Positions 9,426-19,161 of a stretch of DNA of 64,000 nucleotides are shown here, piece after piece. A program made the translations under genes and the position numbers. The stretch is from assembly GCA_035280205.1 (NCBI GenBank), contig DATEGI010000046.1, forward strand, positions 4,698 through 68,697. Direction: 5' to 3'. Under the pieces are notes generated by a model. It made no database searches, had not been told where the DNA came from, and was given only the letters and a program-made list of their open reading frames with translations. How positions within the stretch are numbered: position 1 is the first letter of the stretch; each line of letters begins with the position of its first letter. Source of the DNA: Terriglobales bacterium. GTDB taxonomy: Bacteria > Acidobacteriota > Terriglobia > Terriglobales > Acidobacteriaceae.

Positions 9426-10148
9426 CTATCCCTGCGGCGAAACCACGGTAGTTTTGCCGGTGGTTTTCAGTTTGAATACGTCGTCTGGAATCTTGGGGTT
9501 GAGCTGGATATTGGAGTACTTAGCCAACCGGTAATCCCCTTCCGGCGATAGCAGCTTCTGCTGCACGGAGACGCCGCGGGCAGGGTCAATCCACAACAGA
9601 ATCTGCGCAAACGTGTTCCGGGTGGCTTGCGACTTGGGAACCAATTCCAGCTTGTCCGCCTTTACTCCCTGCGCGTCTTCAGTTCCCAGATAGCGGACGT
9701 CAAAAGATTTGAGAAGCGCATGGCCGCCGCCGCCAAAGCCCAGCACCATGAAACTCTCCACGTCGGCTTTGTGTTTACCGGTGTTGTAGACGGTTTCCCG
9801 GTCAAGTGGAGGCGGCTCGTACGTGCGCACCTTGCTGTCATTGAAGAGCACGTACTTCTTGTTAGGCTCGGTAATCTGAGCCGCCATTTCAATTCCGCCC
9901 TTGGCGCGCCGGAAGTAAAGTGTCCCTTTCTGCGTTTCGGTCTCGTCCACCACTTTCTGGTACTGGTCCCAGGTGAAATCTGCTTGCGTGGTCCTGAATT
10001 TCTCCGCTGTCTGGTCCATGCGCGTGAGGACAGACTTCAGCTGGTCCGGGGAATCGCCGCCGGCCGGGGACGCGGCTTGCGCCAGGGCCAGACCCGCCAG
10101 CAAGGCCAGCGCACACACTCCGCACTTAAATACTTGCTTTGTAGTCAA
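9426..10148 (-). CDS. LolA-like outer-membrane lipoprotein carrier / lipoprotein-sorting family protein
   Basis: Signal peptide (ALALLAGLALAQA). Size and sequence pattern typical of LolA-like proteins (recognised from memory). TTG start with GGAGA 6 nt upstream. Confidence 0.65.
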   Translation of the reverse strand: MTTKQVFKCGVCALALLAGLALAQAASPAGGDSPDQLKSVLTRMDQTAEKFRTTQADFTWDQYQKVVDETETQKGTLYFRRAKGGIEMAAQITEPNKKYVLFNDSKVRTYEPPPLDRETVYNTGKHKADVESFMVLGFGGGGHALLKSFDVRYLGTEDAQGVKADKLELVPKSQATRNTFAQILLWIDPARGVSVQQKLLSPEGDYRLAKYSNIQLNPKIPDDVFKLKTTGKTTVVSPQG

Positions 10149-10203
10149 TGACTATCTCCGCACACTCATGAGCAACTGGGTACTAGGTGCTGGATACTGA
10201 GAA

Positions 10204-10674
10204 CTATTTTTTCACCCAAACCTGATATACGGGCTGACCCGCGGCATCGAGCGTTCTCACGTAGCGGGAGATGGTGGCCTTGCCCGAAATGGGCGTAATG
10301 ATGCGCAGCAACTCCGTGCGAATAGCAACATCGTCCTCGCTGGGAACAGCGGTTACAGGCACCTGATATAAGGGACCATCTTGTCCATCGGGGATTACGA
10401 CTACGGCGGTTGGATGCGGGCTGTGCTCGATCGGTTTGTCATTGAAATTGATGAACAGCGGGGTGACAAAGATAAAGAGCAGGATGATCGTCACCATGAC
10501 GTCATAGTGAATGCTGCCCCGCTGGTAATTCCAGAAGATATAGTCGCGGATGGTTCGCCAGACGGAAGAGACGGGCACAACCGGCACACCGGCCGGAGTC
10601 GTCTCCAGTTGTTCCAGCTGCTCCAAGTCCTGTTCGCGTCCTTTCGCGATGGCCAAACACTCCTGTTGCAACAT
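10204..10674 (-). CDS. Hypothetical single-pass membrane protein (156 aa)
   Basis: One hydrophobic helix (VMVTIILLFIFVTPLFI). Same strand as, and immediately downstream of, the RND pump gene. No obvious SD. Confidence 0.5.
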   Translation of the reverse strand: MLQQECLAIAKGREQDLEQLEQLETTPAGVPVVPVSSVWRTIRDYIFWNYQRGSIHYDVMVTIILLFIFVTPLFINFNDKPIEHSPHPTAVVVIPDGQDGPLYQVPVTAVPSEDDVAIRTELLRIITPISGKATISRYVRTLDAAGQPVYQVWVKK

Positions 10675-10792
10675 AACAATTATCGTGCAAGCGACATAGT
10701 TCTGTCATGTCGGGAGAAGGCAGGGCTCAGTTTTCAGGAGGCAGTGGTCAGCGAGTAGAAGTGTACCTCGGACATTGCCGCTAAACGCGGCT

Positions 10793-13700
10793 TCAGCTCG
10801 CTTTACGGCTCAGATAGAAGTGCACAGCGGGCGTGATGATCAGGCTGAGCACCATGGAAATGGTAATGCCGCCGATCACCGCGACGGCCAGTGGTTGCAG
10901 CATCTGCGAGCCCGCGCCCCAGGCCAGGGCCAGGGGCAACATGCCGGCCACGGTGGCCAACGCAGTCATCAAAATGGGCCGCAAGCGCCGGCGGCCCGCC
11001 TGCACCACCGATTCCAGCGCGTCCATGCCCGCGCCGCGGAAATGCTGGTCCGCATCCAGCAGCAGAATGCCATTCTTGGCCACAATGCCCACCACCATGA
11101 TCAGGCCCATGAAGGAGGAAATGTTGAAGGTCGTGCCCGTGATCAACAACCCCACAAACACGCCAGAGGTGGAGAGCAGTGCGGAAGCCAAAATCGCGAC
11201 CGGCGCTGAGAAATCGCGAAACTCGAACAACAGCACGATGAACACCAGCACAATTGCCAGGGCCAGCACCATGACCAGGTCGGCGAACGATTTCTGCTGC
11301 TCCTGATAGGTGCCCCCGTACTCCACGCGGATGCTGGAGGGCAGGTGGAGGCCGGCCACGGTTTTCATTACGTCCTTCATGCCGCTGCCCAGGTCGCGCC
11401 CCTCAAGGCGCGCGGTGATAGCCACATCGCGCTGGAGGTTTTCGCGGCGGATTTCCGTCTGGCCCGGCAGTTCGGTTAGTGTCGCCAAAGAACCCAGGGT
11501 TGCGGTTTTGCCCGTACTGCTCACCAGCAGGGTGTTTTTCATGGCATCCAGCGAAGCCCGGTCGCCGGCAGGGAAGCGCACCCGCAGGGTGTAGGCGCGG
11601 TCATTGACCACCACCGGCGTGGGCGACGGTTCGCCTTCCAGAACGGCAGCCGCGTCCGTGGCCACTTCCTGCGGAGTGAAGCCGGCCCGTGCCGCCACCG
11701 ACGGGTCTACCTGGAACATGACCGCCGGGCCGCTGATGGTGTTCTCAATACCATTCAGGTCCACCACTCCGGGAATCTTCTGGATGGCGTCCAATACCTT
11801 CGGCCCCCACTGCTGCAGCAGCGAGGCGTCTTGCGAAAACAGCTTGATCTGGATGGGCTCGGGCGCGCTGGTCAGGTCGCCGATCATGTCCTGCAGAGTC
11901 TGGGTGAACTCCACGTCTACACCCGGCTCCTGCTGCGCGATTTGGGCACGCACCTGGGCGATGATCTCCTCAATGCCGCGGTCGCGATCATCCTTGAGTT
12001 TCACGGAAATATCTCCCGTGTTGGCTTCCGTGACCGCCGCCAGCCCAAGTTGCAGGCCGGTGCGCCGCGAGGTGCCTTGCACCTCCGGGATAGCGCGCAG
12101 CATCTGCTCCAGGTGGGTGACCACGCGATTGGTTTCCTGCAGTGAGCTGCCCGGGGGCATGGTGTAGTCGAGCACGAAGCCGCCTTCATCCATTTCCGGC
12201 AGCAAATCGGAGCCCAGCCCCTTGTAGCACGCATAGGAGGCCACGATCAGCATCAGGCTAAGGCCCAGAAGCCACAGGGGATGATCCAGCGCGCGGCGCA
12301 GCCAGCGCTCATAAAATCCGACGATGCGGCCGAAGGTTCCGCGCATGGTTGCTTCTTCAGCCGCCAGTAGCCGCTCCGCGCTGAAAGCATCACTTTCGCC
12401 ATTGGCGGCTTCCTCTTCGCCGCGCCCGCGGATGAAGTACTGGCTCAAATTGGGGGTCCAGGTGAGGGCCAGCGCCAGCGACGTCAGCAGCGATACCGCC
12501 ACGGTGACTGCCAGCGCCCGGAAAAAGGTGCCGGTCACGCCGGTGATGGAAATCAGAGGCAGGAACACCACAATGGGGGTAATGGTGGAGCCCACCAGGG
12601 GCTTAGAAATTTCCTTCAGCGCGCTGCGAATGGCGGCCAGGCGGCTTTGGCCGGCATCGCGGTGAAGAACAATGTTTTCCACCACCACAATAGCGTCGTC
12701 AATGACCAAGCCCACGGCTGCCGCCAGGCCGCCTAGTGTCATGAGGTTGAAGCTCTGGCCCAGAATTTTCAGAACTATGAACGTCACCATCAGGGTGACT
12801 GGAATCACCAGGCCGGCCACGATCGAGGTGCCCCAGTCGCGCAGAAAGACCACCAGGATGATGGAGGCGAGGATGAGGCCCAGCAGAATGGCGTCGCGCA
12901 CGCTCTTGATGGAGGCATCCACGATTTCCGACTGGTCGTAGAAGGGCTGAATGTCAATGCCCTTGGGCAGTTCCCGGCGGATCTGTGCGATTTCGCCGTG
13001 CACCTCGTCGGCCACGCGCACGGTGTTGCTGTCAGGCTGGCGGTTGATGTTGAGCAGCACGGCCGGCTGGCCGTTGGCGGTCACAATCGTGTACAGAGGC
13101 CGGACATTGGGCTCAACTTGCGCGACATCGCCGATGCGAACCGTCACGCCACCGGGCGTGTTCTTGACCACGATTTGCGAGATCTGGGCGGGGTCGCGCA
13201 CCTGGCCGCTCACCAGCCCCAGGTAGAGCTGATGGTTCTGCTCCAACAGGCCCGGCGAATCAATCATGTTGGTCTGCTGCACGGCATTCAGCAGGTCGTT
13301 CACCGTCACCTGGGCGGCCAGCAGCTTGGAGGGGTCAGGAATGATGTGAAACTCGGGCTCCTGCCCGCCCTGCACCACCACCGTGGAAACGCCATCCAGC
13401 CGGTTAAGCCGCGGCTTCAGGTTGTAAGTGGCCGTTTCCCACAGTTGCGTTTGAGGGACGGTGCGGGAGGTCAGGCTGTAGCCCATGATGGGAAAGCTGG
13501 CGAAGGTGAGCCGGTCAACGCGGATTTCGGCCGTGGGAGGCAGCTGCGCGCGCACCCGTGCCATGGCTGAATTTACGCGCTCCAGGGTCTGGAACATGTC
13601 AACGTTCCAGTTAAAGAACAGGTCAATTTCCGCCGAGCCGCGACTGGTGATGGATTGCACGCGCTGCAGGCCCAGCACGCTGTTGACCGCCTCTTCCACG

Positions 13701-13945
13701 GGGCGCGTGATGGTCACGGTCATCTGATCAATGGGCATTACCCCGTTGTCAATGCCGATCACGATGCGGGGGAAGTTGGTTTCCGGGAAGACCGCGATGG
13801 GTATGGTGAACGCCTCATAGACGCCCACCAGGGCCAGGGTCAGGATGAGGAAGATGATAGGCTTCGAAAAATATGCGAACCAGTAGCGCGAGCTTTCCGG
13901 CTCGTGCTGTTTCTGGCTCGGTTCTATGTAGGAGTGCAGACTCAT
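10793..13945 (-). CDS. Efflux RND transporter permease (AcrB/CzcA superfamily, 1050 aa)
   Basis: 12-TM and two-large-loop architecture with conserved RND blocks throughout. Confidence 0.95.
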   Translation of the reverse strand: MSLHSYIEPSQKQHEPESSRYWFAYFSKPIIFLILTLALVGVYEAFTIPIAVFPETNFPRIVIGIDNGVMPIDQMTVTITRPVEEAVNSVLGLQRVQSITSRGSAEIDLFFNWNVDMFQTLERVNSAMARVRAQLPPTAEIRVDRLTFASFPIMGYSLTSRTVPQTQLWETATYNLKPRLNRLDGVSTVVVQGGQEPEFHIIPDPSKLLAAQVTVNDLLNAVQQTNMIDSPGLLEQNHQLYLGLVSGQVRDPAQISQIVVKNTPGGVTVRIGDVAQVEPNVRPLYTIVTANGQPAVLLNINRQPDSNTVRVADEVHGEIAQIRRELPKGIDIQPFYDQSEIVDASIKSVRDAILLGLILASIILVVFLRDWGTSIVAGLVIPVTLMVTFIVLKILGQSFNLMTLGGLAAAVGLVIDDAIVVVENIVLHRDAGQSRLAAIRSALKEISKPLVGSTITPIVVFLPLISITGVTGTFFRALAVTVAVSLLTSLALALTWTPNLSQYFIRGRGEEEAANGESDAFSAERLLAAEEATMRGTFGRIVGFYERWLRRALDHPLWLLGLSLMLIVASYACYKGLGSDLLPEMDEGGFVLDYTMPPGSSLQETNRVVTHLEQMLRAIPEVQGTSRRTGLQLGLAAVTEANTGDISVKLKDDRDRGIEEIIAQVRAQIAQQEPGVDVEFTQTLQDMIGDLTSAPEPIQIKLFSQDASLLQQWGPKVLDAIQKIPGVVDLNGIENTISGPAVMFQVDPSVAARAGFTPQEVATDAAAVLEGEPSPTPVVVNDRAYTLRVRFPAGDRASLDAMKNTLLVSSTGKTATLGSLATLTELPGQTEIRRENLQRDVAITARLEGRDLGSGMKDVMKTVAGLHLPSSIRVEYGGTYQEQQKSFADLVMVLALAIVLVFIVLLFEFRDFSAPVAILASALLSTSGVFVGLLITGTTFNISSFMGLIMVVGIVAKNGILLLDADQHFRGAGMDALESVVQAGRRRLRPILMTALATVAGMLPLALAWGAGSQMLQPLAVAVIGGITISMVLSLIITPAVHFYLSRKAS

Positions 13946-13950
13946 CAGCT

Positions 13951-14090
13951 CAGTTCTTGGTACCTAGTACCCTGTACCTAGTTCCCAGAACCTGGGCGCG
14001 CAAAAAACAGAAAAGCTGCGGGCGAGGGCGCCCGCACCACAAAAGACGAAATCAGGTGACCAGCTACCAGGTACTGGGAACTGTGTACTA
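13951..14090. repeat. Heptad-word hairpin pair (GTACCnn / CCAGGTA words) flanking a GCGGGCGAGGGCGCCCGC core
   Basis: Left arm 13951-13995, GC hairpin 14018-14035, right arm 14060-14090. It fills the gap between the MFP and RND genes. Confidence 0.75.
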
Positions 14091-15377
14091 TTCCTTACTC
14101 TCCTTTACCGGCTGCGAAGGCGGCGCCTGCAACTGCACCCGCGTGTTGTCTGGCAGTCCGTAAGCGCCGGCCGTTACCACCCGCTCGCCCGCCTTCAGCC
14201 CGGAAACGATCTGTATCTGGTTCTCCTGGCGCACCCCCGTCTTGACATCACGCTGGTGCGCGCGGCTGTCATCGCCAATTACCATCACCGAAGTGGTGCC
14301 ATCAGGCTCGGTCAGCACCGCGGCCGCAGGCACGGTCAGAGCATCTGGGATGGTTTGCGCCAGCATGGATATGCTTACACTCGTTCCCGGTTTCAGTTCC
14401 TGGTGCGGATTGCGAGCGTCTACCCACACCTCCACGGTTGTGCTGTTGGGGTCGAGCGCGGGGCTGACCACGCTCACTTTCGCCGGCATCGGGTCCTCCA
14501 GGCCGGGAGCGCTCACGCTGGCCGTGTCTCCCACTTTGAGCAGCGCCGCTTCCGCCTGCGGGATATGGGCTTTGGCGATGACGTGCGACAGATCCATCAC
14601 GGTGAGCAGCGGCGTGCCCGCGGCCGCCATTTCCCCCGGATAGAGCGGCCGGTCTGTGACCACGCCGGAAATGGGGCTGCGAATCTCGGAATAGCTGAGT
14701 TGGGCCGATGCCCCCTGGTATTTGCCCTTGGCAGCAGCCAACTGGCCTTGCGCCGACTTGAGCTCCTGGGCTTTGGAGGTCTTGAGCAGCGAGTTCAAGT
14801 GCTGCTGCGCGATTTCGTAGTTGTTGCGCGCCTGGGTAAATGTAACTGCCTCCGCGTCCAGTTCCTTTCGCGGCAGCGCACCCTGTTTATACAGATCTTG
14901 CCGGGCGGCGTAGACTTTCTGCTCGGCTTCCAGGTTTTGCTTGGCCGCCTGGGCATCCAGTTCCGCCTTCTTTACCTCTTCCGGTACGCTGGCCGCGGTG
15001 GTGGTCTCATAAGCCGCCTGCGCCTGCTCGAATTCGCCCCTGCTCTGTTCCGCCGCCGCGCTCAGGTCCTTATTCTCCAGCACAGCCAGAAGCTGTCCCT
15101 GGCGCACATGGCTGCCGCGGTTGATATAGAATTTCTCCACCGGTGCGCTGATCTTGGGCACCAACGCCGCCTGGTGCAGGGGAAAGACAATTGCTTCGGC
15201 GGTGACCGTGCGTTCCAGCTTGGTGCGCTGCACCAGCGCCGATTCCACGCTCACAACCGGTTCTTTCTCCTTCTCCTTTCCTGAACAGCCGAAGGAGACG
15301 AGCGCCACCAGCGCAGCCAGCCCCGCGGCCGCGACTCGTCTGGTCCGTTTTGTCGGTTGCTGATTTCTGGATATCAT
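14088..15377 (-). CDS. Efflux RND periplasmic adaptor (membrane fusion protein, HlyD family)
   Basis: Lipoprotein-like N-terminus (LVSFGCSG), coiled-coil hairpin region, beta-barrel/MP domains. Confidence 0.9.
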   Translation of the reverse strand: MISRNQQPTKRTRRVAAAGLAALVALVSFGCSGKEKEKEPVVSVESALVQRTKLERTVTAEAIVFPLHQAALVPKISAPVEKFYINRGSHVRQGQLLAVLENKDLSAAAEQSRGEFEQAQAAYETTTAASVPEEVKKAELDAQAAKQNLEAEQKVYAARQDLYKQGALPRKELDAEAVTFTQARNNYEIAQQHLNSLLKTSKAQELKSAQGQLAAAKGKYQGASAQLSYSEIRSPISGVVTDRPLYPGEMAAAGTPLLTVMDLSHVIAKAHIPQAEAALLKVGDTASVSAPGLEDPMPAKVSVVSPALDPNSTTVEVWVDARNPHQELKPGTSVSISMLAQTIPDALTVPAAAVLTEPDGTTSVMVIGDDSRAHQRDVKTGVRQENQIQIVSGLKAGERVVTAGAYGLPDNTRVQLQAPPSQPVKESKE

Positions 15378-16994
15378 TCAGAATTTGCCCGTCAAAGTCT
15401 GCAGCGTCGCCAGGCCGGTGCGATACCGCAGCTGTCCGCCATCATATGCGTTACGCGCCGCGGAGAACGTATTCTGCGCGTCCACTATCTCCAGCGCCGT
15501 CGCCTCCCCGGCTTGGTACCGCAATGTAGTTAGACGCAGGCTCTCGGCGGCAAGATCGGATGCCTGGCGCAGCCCCTGCACCTCGGAGCGCGATACAGCC
15601 GCTTCATTGTAGAAGGAATAGAGGCTGCTGAGCGCCTGCCGCTGCGCCTGCGACAGCTCCACTTTGGCCTGCTGCCGCTTATACTCGGCCTGTCGCAGTT
15701 TGCTGAGCGTGGCCCCCCAGTTCCAGACCGGCACGTTCAATGAAGCAGTGATGAAGTACCCGGGATTGGGCAAAGGGCCAAGTTCCTTGGCAGCCGCTAC
15801 CGGGCTGCGCAAGGCCAGGGCGTTGGCTTCAATGCCATACACGCCGTCAAAGGTCAGCGTGGGGAAAAACCCGGCGCGCGCGATGTTGACGTCAGATTGC
15901 GCCGCCTTCAGGGCTTCTATCGCCGAGCGCACATCCTGGTTTTCATGGGCCGCCAGGGTTTCCACCTCGCCAAAAGGAGGCAGAACGGGCGCCTGGTCCA
16001 TGTCGTCAACCAGGTTGAAATTCAGGTCCAGGTTGGGGGAGAGCACCACCGCCAAGTCGAGGCGGGCCTTGCTCATGGCCAGCGCTGCTTCCTGGAACGT
16101 CTGGTTCTGCTGCTGGAACTGCAACTGGGCCTTGATTACGTCGCTGCGCGCTACTTCCCCTCCACGTTCCAGGTCCTGGCTGATTTTCAGAAAATGCTGC
16201 GCCTGGTCAAATGCCTGCTGCGCGGTGGCGTACTCACGCTGAGCCACAATCAGGCCGTAGTAGAGTCCGGTAACCGTGATGGTCAGCCCGCGGCGGGCTA
16301 TTTCCGCTTTAGCATTGGCGATGGCAGCAGCGGCGGCCGCGCGTTTGTAAGGCGAAAGAGTGAAGAATCCGGCGGGAAGCTCCTGATGAACTACGCCCCA
16401 CACGCGATACACGTGCACGCCGTCGTTGGTTACGAAGCGCCCGCTGGCCAATTTTCCATTACCCTGGGTTCCCAAATATTGCTGGCTGTAGTTGAGCGAG
16501 GGCAGCATCGCGTCCCGCGCCTGCGCTCGGTCTTCATTGGCCACTTTGGCGTCGGTTACTGTGGAAAGATACTGCGCATAATTCTTGCTTGCCCGCGCCA
16601 AGGCGTCCTGAAAGGTGATGGTGACGGGAGGACCCGTTTGCCCCGGAGGTCCCGGCTCTGCCAGTTGCACACCCACACCTGCAGTTCCGGAAGCGGGAGG
16701 CTGTTGCGGCTGCGCGTTACCTCCCTGTGTGTTCTGCGCATCCGCCTGGGTGGACGATGCCTGCGGCTTCACATTCGCTGACATGCGCAACACGTCTTGC
16801 AGCGAAGGCCTTGGCGGCAGCAGGCCGGAAGGATTCCCGCCCGCTTGGACCGCTGCTGACGGCGCCGCTGGCGCAGGTGTTGCCGGCGACGGTTCCTGGC
16901 CCCGAGCCCAGCTCAAGGCCACAGTGCAGATCAGAACCAGCTTTGCCGCTCGATACACGTCCCCTCCGAGAACCGCTACTTTAGCGGGGAACAT
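15378..16994 (-). CDS. TolC-family outer membrane efflux protein
   Basis: Two OEP repeats. The stop abuts the MFP start codon. The N-terminal start is uncertain because there is no SD before ATG 16994. Confidence 0.88.
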   Translation of the reverse strand: MFPAKVAVLGGDVYRAAKLVLICTVALSWARGQEPSPATPAPAAPSAAVQAGGNPSGLLPPRPSLQDVLRMSANVKPQASSTQADAQNTQGGNAQPQQPPASGTAGVGVQLAEPGPPGQTGPPVTITFQDALARASKNYAQYLSTVTDAKVANEDRAQARDAMLPSLNYSQQYLGTQGNGKLASGRFVTNDGVHVYRVWGVVHQELPAGFFTLSPYKRAAAAAAIANAKAEIARRGLTITVTGLYYGLIVAQREYATAQQAFDQAQHFLKISQDLERGGEVARSDVIKAQLQFQQQNQTFQEAALAMSKARLDLAVVLSPNLDLNFNLVDDMDQAPVLPPFGEVETLAAHENQDVRSAIEALKAAQSDVNIARAGFFPTLTFDGVYGIEANALALRSPVAAAKELGPLPNPGYFITASLNVPVWNWGATLSKLRQAEYKRQQAKVELSQAQRQALSSLYSFYNEAAVSRSEVQGLRQASDLAAESLRLTTLRYQAGEATALEIVDAQNTFSAARNAYDGGQLRYRTGLATLQTLTGKF

Positions 16995-16995
16995 A

Positions 16996-17033
16996 TTAAG
17001 GCAAGCTTAACCAACAGCTTAAGGCAAGCTTAA
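16996..17033. promoter_or_regulatory. Direct repeat TTAAGGCAAGCTTAA x2 (AGCTTAA x3 phased about 11.5 nt), candidate operator
   Basis: Exact 15-mers at 16996-17010 and 17019-17033. They start 2 nt upstream of the tolC-like ATG and lie 47 nt after the kinase stop. Confidence 0.45.
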
Positions 17034-17079
17034 TCATTCGCCCACACGGCGCCGCGGCCGTATTTGTCGAATGATGAAG

Positions 17080-18900
17080 TCAGGAGGCGCGCGAAAGCCG
17101 CATGGCAGAAGGCAGCGAGATGGTGAAGCAGGTGCCACGGGGAGTGCTTTCCACCGCGATGGTGCCGCCGTGCTTCTCCACAATCTGTCGCGAAACCCAG
17201 AGCCCTAGCCCCGTACCCAGTTCCGCCTTGGTGGTGAAGAAAGGCTCGAAAATCCGGCTAAGATTTTCCGGAGAAATGCCGGGGCCGTTGTCCAATACGC
17301 GGAGCTGCACGCTGCCATCGGAATCGGTGGTCAGCACGCGGATAAGCCCGCCGTTAGGAAGCACATCCACCGCGTTGGCTACCAGGTTGGCAATCACCTG
17401 CCGCAGTTCGCCCTTGGAACCGAGGATAAGCTGGGAACCCGCAACGTTAGTGTGTACGCGGATGTTCTTGGCGCGCAGCTTGGCTTCGTAGAGGGCAACG
17501 ACCTCGCGTACCAGTTCGCTCAGGTCCACCGGCGTCGGAGCGCCACTCTCGCGGTAAAAGCCGAGAGTCATTTTTGTGATGTGCGCGATACGGGAGAGCT
17601 CTTTCTCCACCATTTGCAAATAGTGGCGGATTTCGCCTTCGGGGGCGGAGCGTGCCAAGTAAATCAGGTTGGTCACCGCTTCCAGAGGATTGTTAATCTC
17701 ATGAGCGATGGTGGCGGCCAAGCGGCCGGCAGTGGCCAGACGCTCGGTCTTGACCAGCGCTGCCTCGGTGCGGGCGCGCTCTTCCAGTTGTTGCTCTACT
17801 TGGCGGAAGAGGCGGCTGTTGTCAATGGCGGCGGCGGCGCGGGCGGCCAAAGCTTCTGCAACTTCCAGGTCGTCCGCCGAAAGCGCGCGCCCGGATTCCG
17901 CGGTCACAAACACCAGGGCGCCGAGCACACGATCGCGCGCCGCCATGGGGACGACCAGCACCGACTTCATGTTGAGTTCGCGAATCAGGCGCTGGCGCTC
18001 TGGTTCCCGCACTCGTTCGCGGATCATTTCTTCAGAAATTTCCGGAAAGAACTGCGGCTCGCCGGTCTCAATGACGGCGGCAATGGCGCTGCCGCTTCCG
18101 AGAGAAGGGGGATACTTGATGTGAAACTCGGTTGCCAGAGCAATTTTGGCAGGGTCGCGATGGGCCACGGCAGTGCGTTCCACTGCTCCTTGCTCATTGG
18201 TTACGTAGGCGGCGCACCAGTCGGCAATTTCCGGCACCGCAAGCTCCGCCACGCGCTGCAGGGTGATATTGAAGTCGAGGGATGCTCCCAGTGCGGCGCT
18301 GGCCTGAGCCAGAAAGGCGGCGCGGCGCCGTTGAGCCTCCGCCTGCTCGCGCAGCCGAATCTGCTCTTCATACAATTCAGCCGCGCTGATGCCGGCCGCG
18401 GCCAGGTTGGCCAGCAGTTCGGCCACCTGCAACTCCGCTGGCTGCAATTGGCGCGGATGACGAAAATAAAACGTGATGCTGCCGGCCTTGCGGCCTTGGA
18501 TACGCAAGGGCAGCGCCAGCAGCGACTGAATGCCCTCCGCTTCGTAGTCGCGTCGCCGCTGTTCCAGCAAAGGCAGGCGGTGCACGTCGGCGGCAACAAT
18601 GGGCTTATCGGGCAGTTCCGGCGCGCCCGCGGCGGGGATGGGAGATCTTTCCAGGTACGTAGGCGACAAGCCACGCGATGCCAGCACCCGCCACGCGTTG
18701 GTGCTGTCGTCGAGGCGCCAGACAGCGTAGGCATCGGCCTCGATCAGTCCCCGGGAAAGCGCCAGGATTCGCTCCAGAACCGCCTGCAGGTCAGGCTGCG
18801 CCAACAGAGTAGCGGAAGCTTGCAGCAGCAGGTGCAGAGATTCTGAGCTGGCCGCGGCAGGCGAAGACACGCCGGCGTCCTTAGGTGACGAACCTCCCAT
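17080..18900 (-). CDS. Sensor histidine kinase with two GAF domains (no adjacent response regulator)
   Basis: H-box AHEINNPLEAV; HATPase_c blocks (NLVANAVD, DNGPGI, GTGLGLW). ORF runs to 19407, which overlaps sucA. ATG at 18900 (MGGSSPK) preferred; 19149 possible. Confidence 0.85.
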   Translation of the reverse strand: MGGSSPKDAGVSSPAAASSESLHLLLQASATLLAQPDLQAVLERILALSRGLIEADAYAVWRLDDSTNAWRVLASRGLSPTYLERSPIPAAGAPELPDKPIVAADVHRLPLLEQRRRDYEAEGIQSLLALPLRIQGRKAGSITFYFRHPRQLQPAELQVAELLANLAAAGISAAELYEEQIRLREQAEAQRRRAAFLAQASAALGASLDFNITLQRVAELAVPEIADWCAAYVTNEQGAVERTAVAHRDPAKIALATEFHIKYPPSLGSGSAIAAVIETGEPQFFPEISEEMIRERVREPERQRLIRELNMKSVLVVPMAARDRVLGALVFVTAESGRALSADDLEVAEALAARAAAAIDNSRLFRQVEQQLEERARTEAALVKTERLATAGRLAATIAHEINNPLEAVTNLIYLARSAPEGEIRHYLQMVEKELSRIAHITKMTLGFYRESGAPTPVDLSELVREVVALYEAKLRAKNIRVHTNVAGSQLILGSKGELRQVIANLVANAVDVLPNGGLIRVLTTDSDGSVQLRVLDNGPGISPENLSRIFEPFFTTKAELGTGLGLWVSRQIVEKHGGTIAVESTPRGTCFTISLPSAMRLSRAS

Positions 18901-19161
18901 TGCCTCGGGTTCTGGTTTGGGCTGCGATGCAGTCACGGCGCGCAACAAGCTAGAGCGATTAAAAGTACGCGAAATCAATGGAAGGATGCTGTACAGGGGA
19001 AGGGGAGTTGTCCGCCGGCTAACAGCTTCAGACCGCGGCGGCGGACCACATTCGCCACCTATGATTCCTCCGCTTAGTGTCCCGGCAGCTGTTTGTGCAG
19101 CTTGCAACGAGGCGTTTGCCGCTTGAGTCCCGCCTCGCTGTTTTCTCATCTTGTAAACTAA

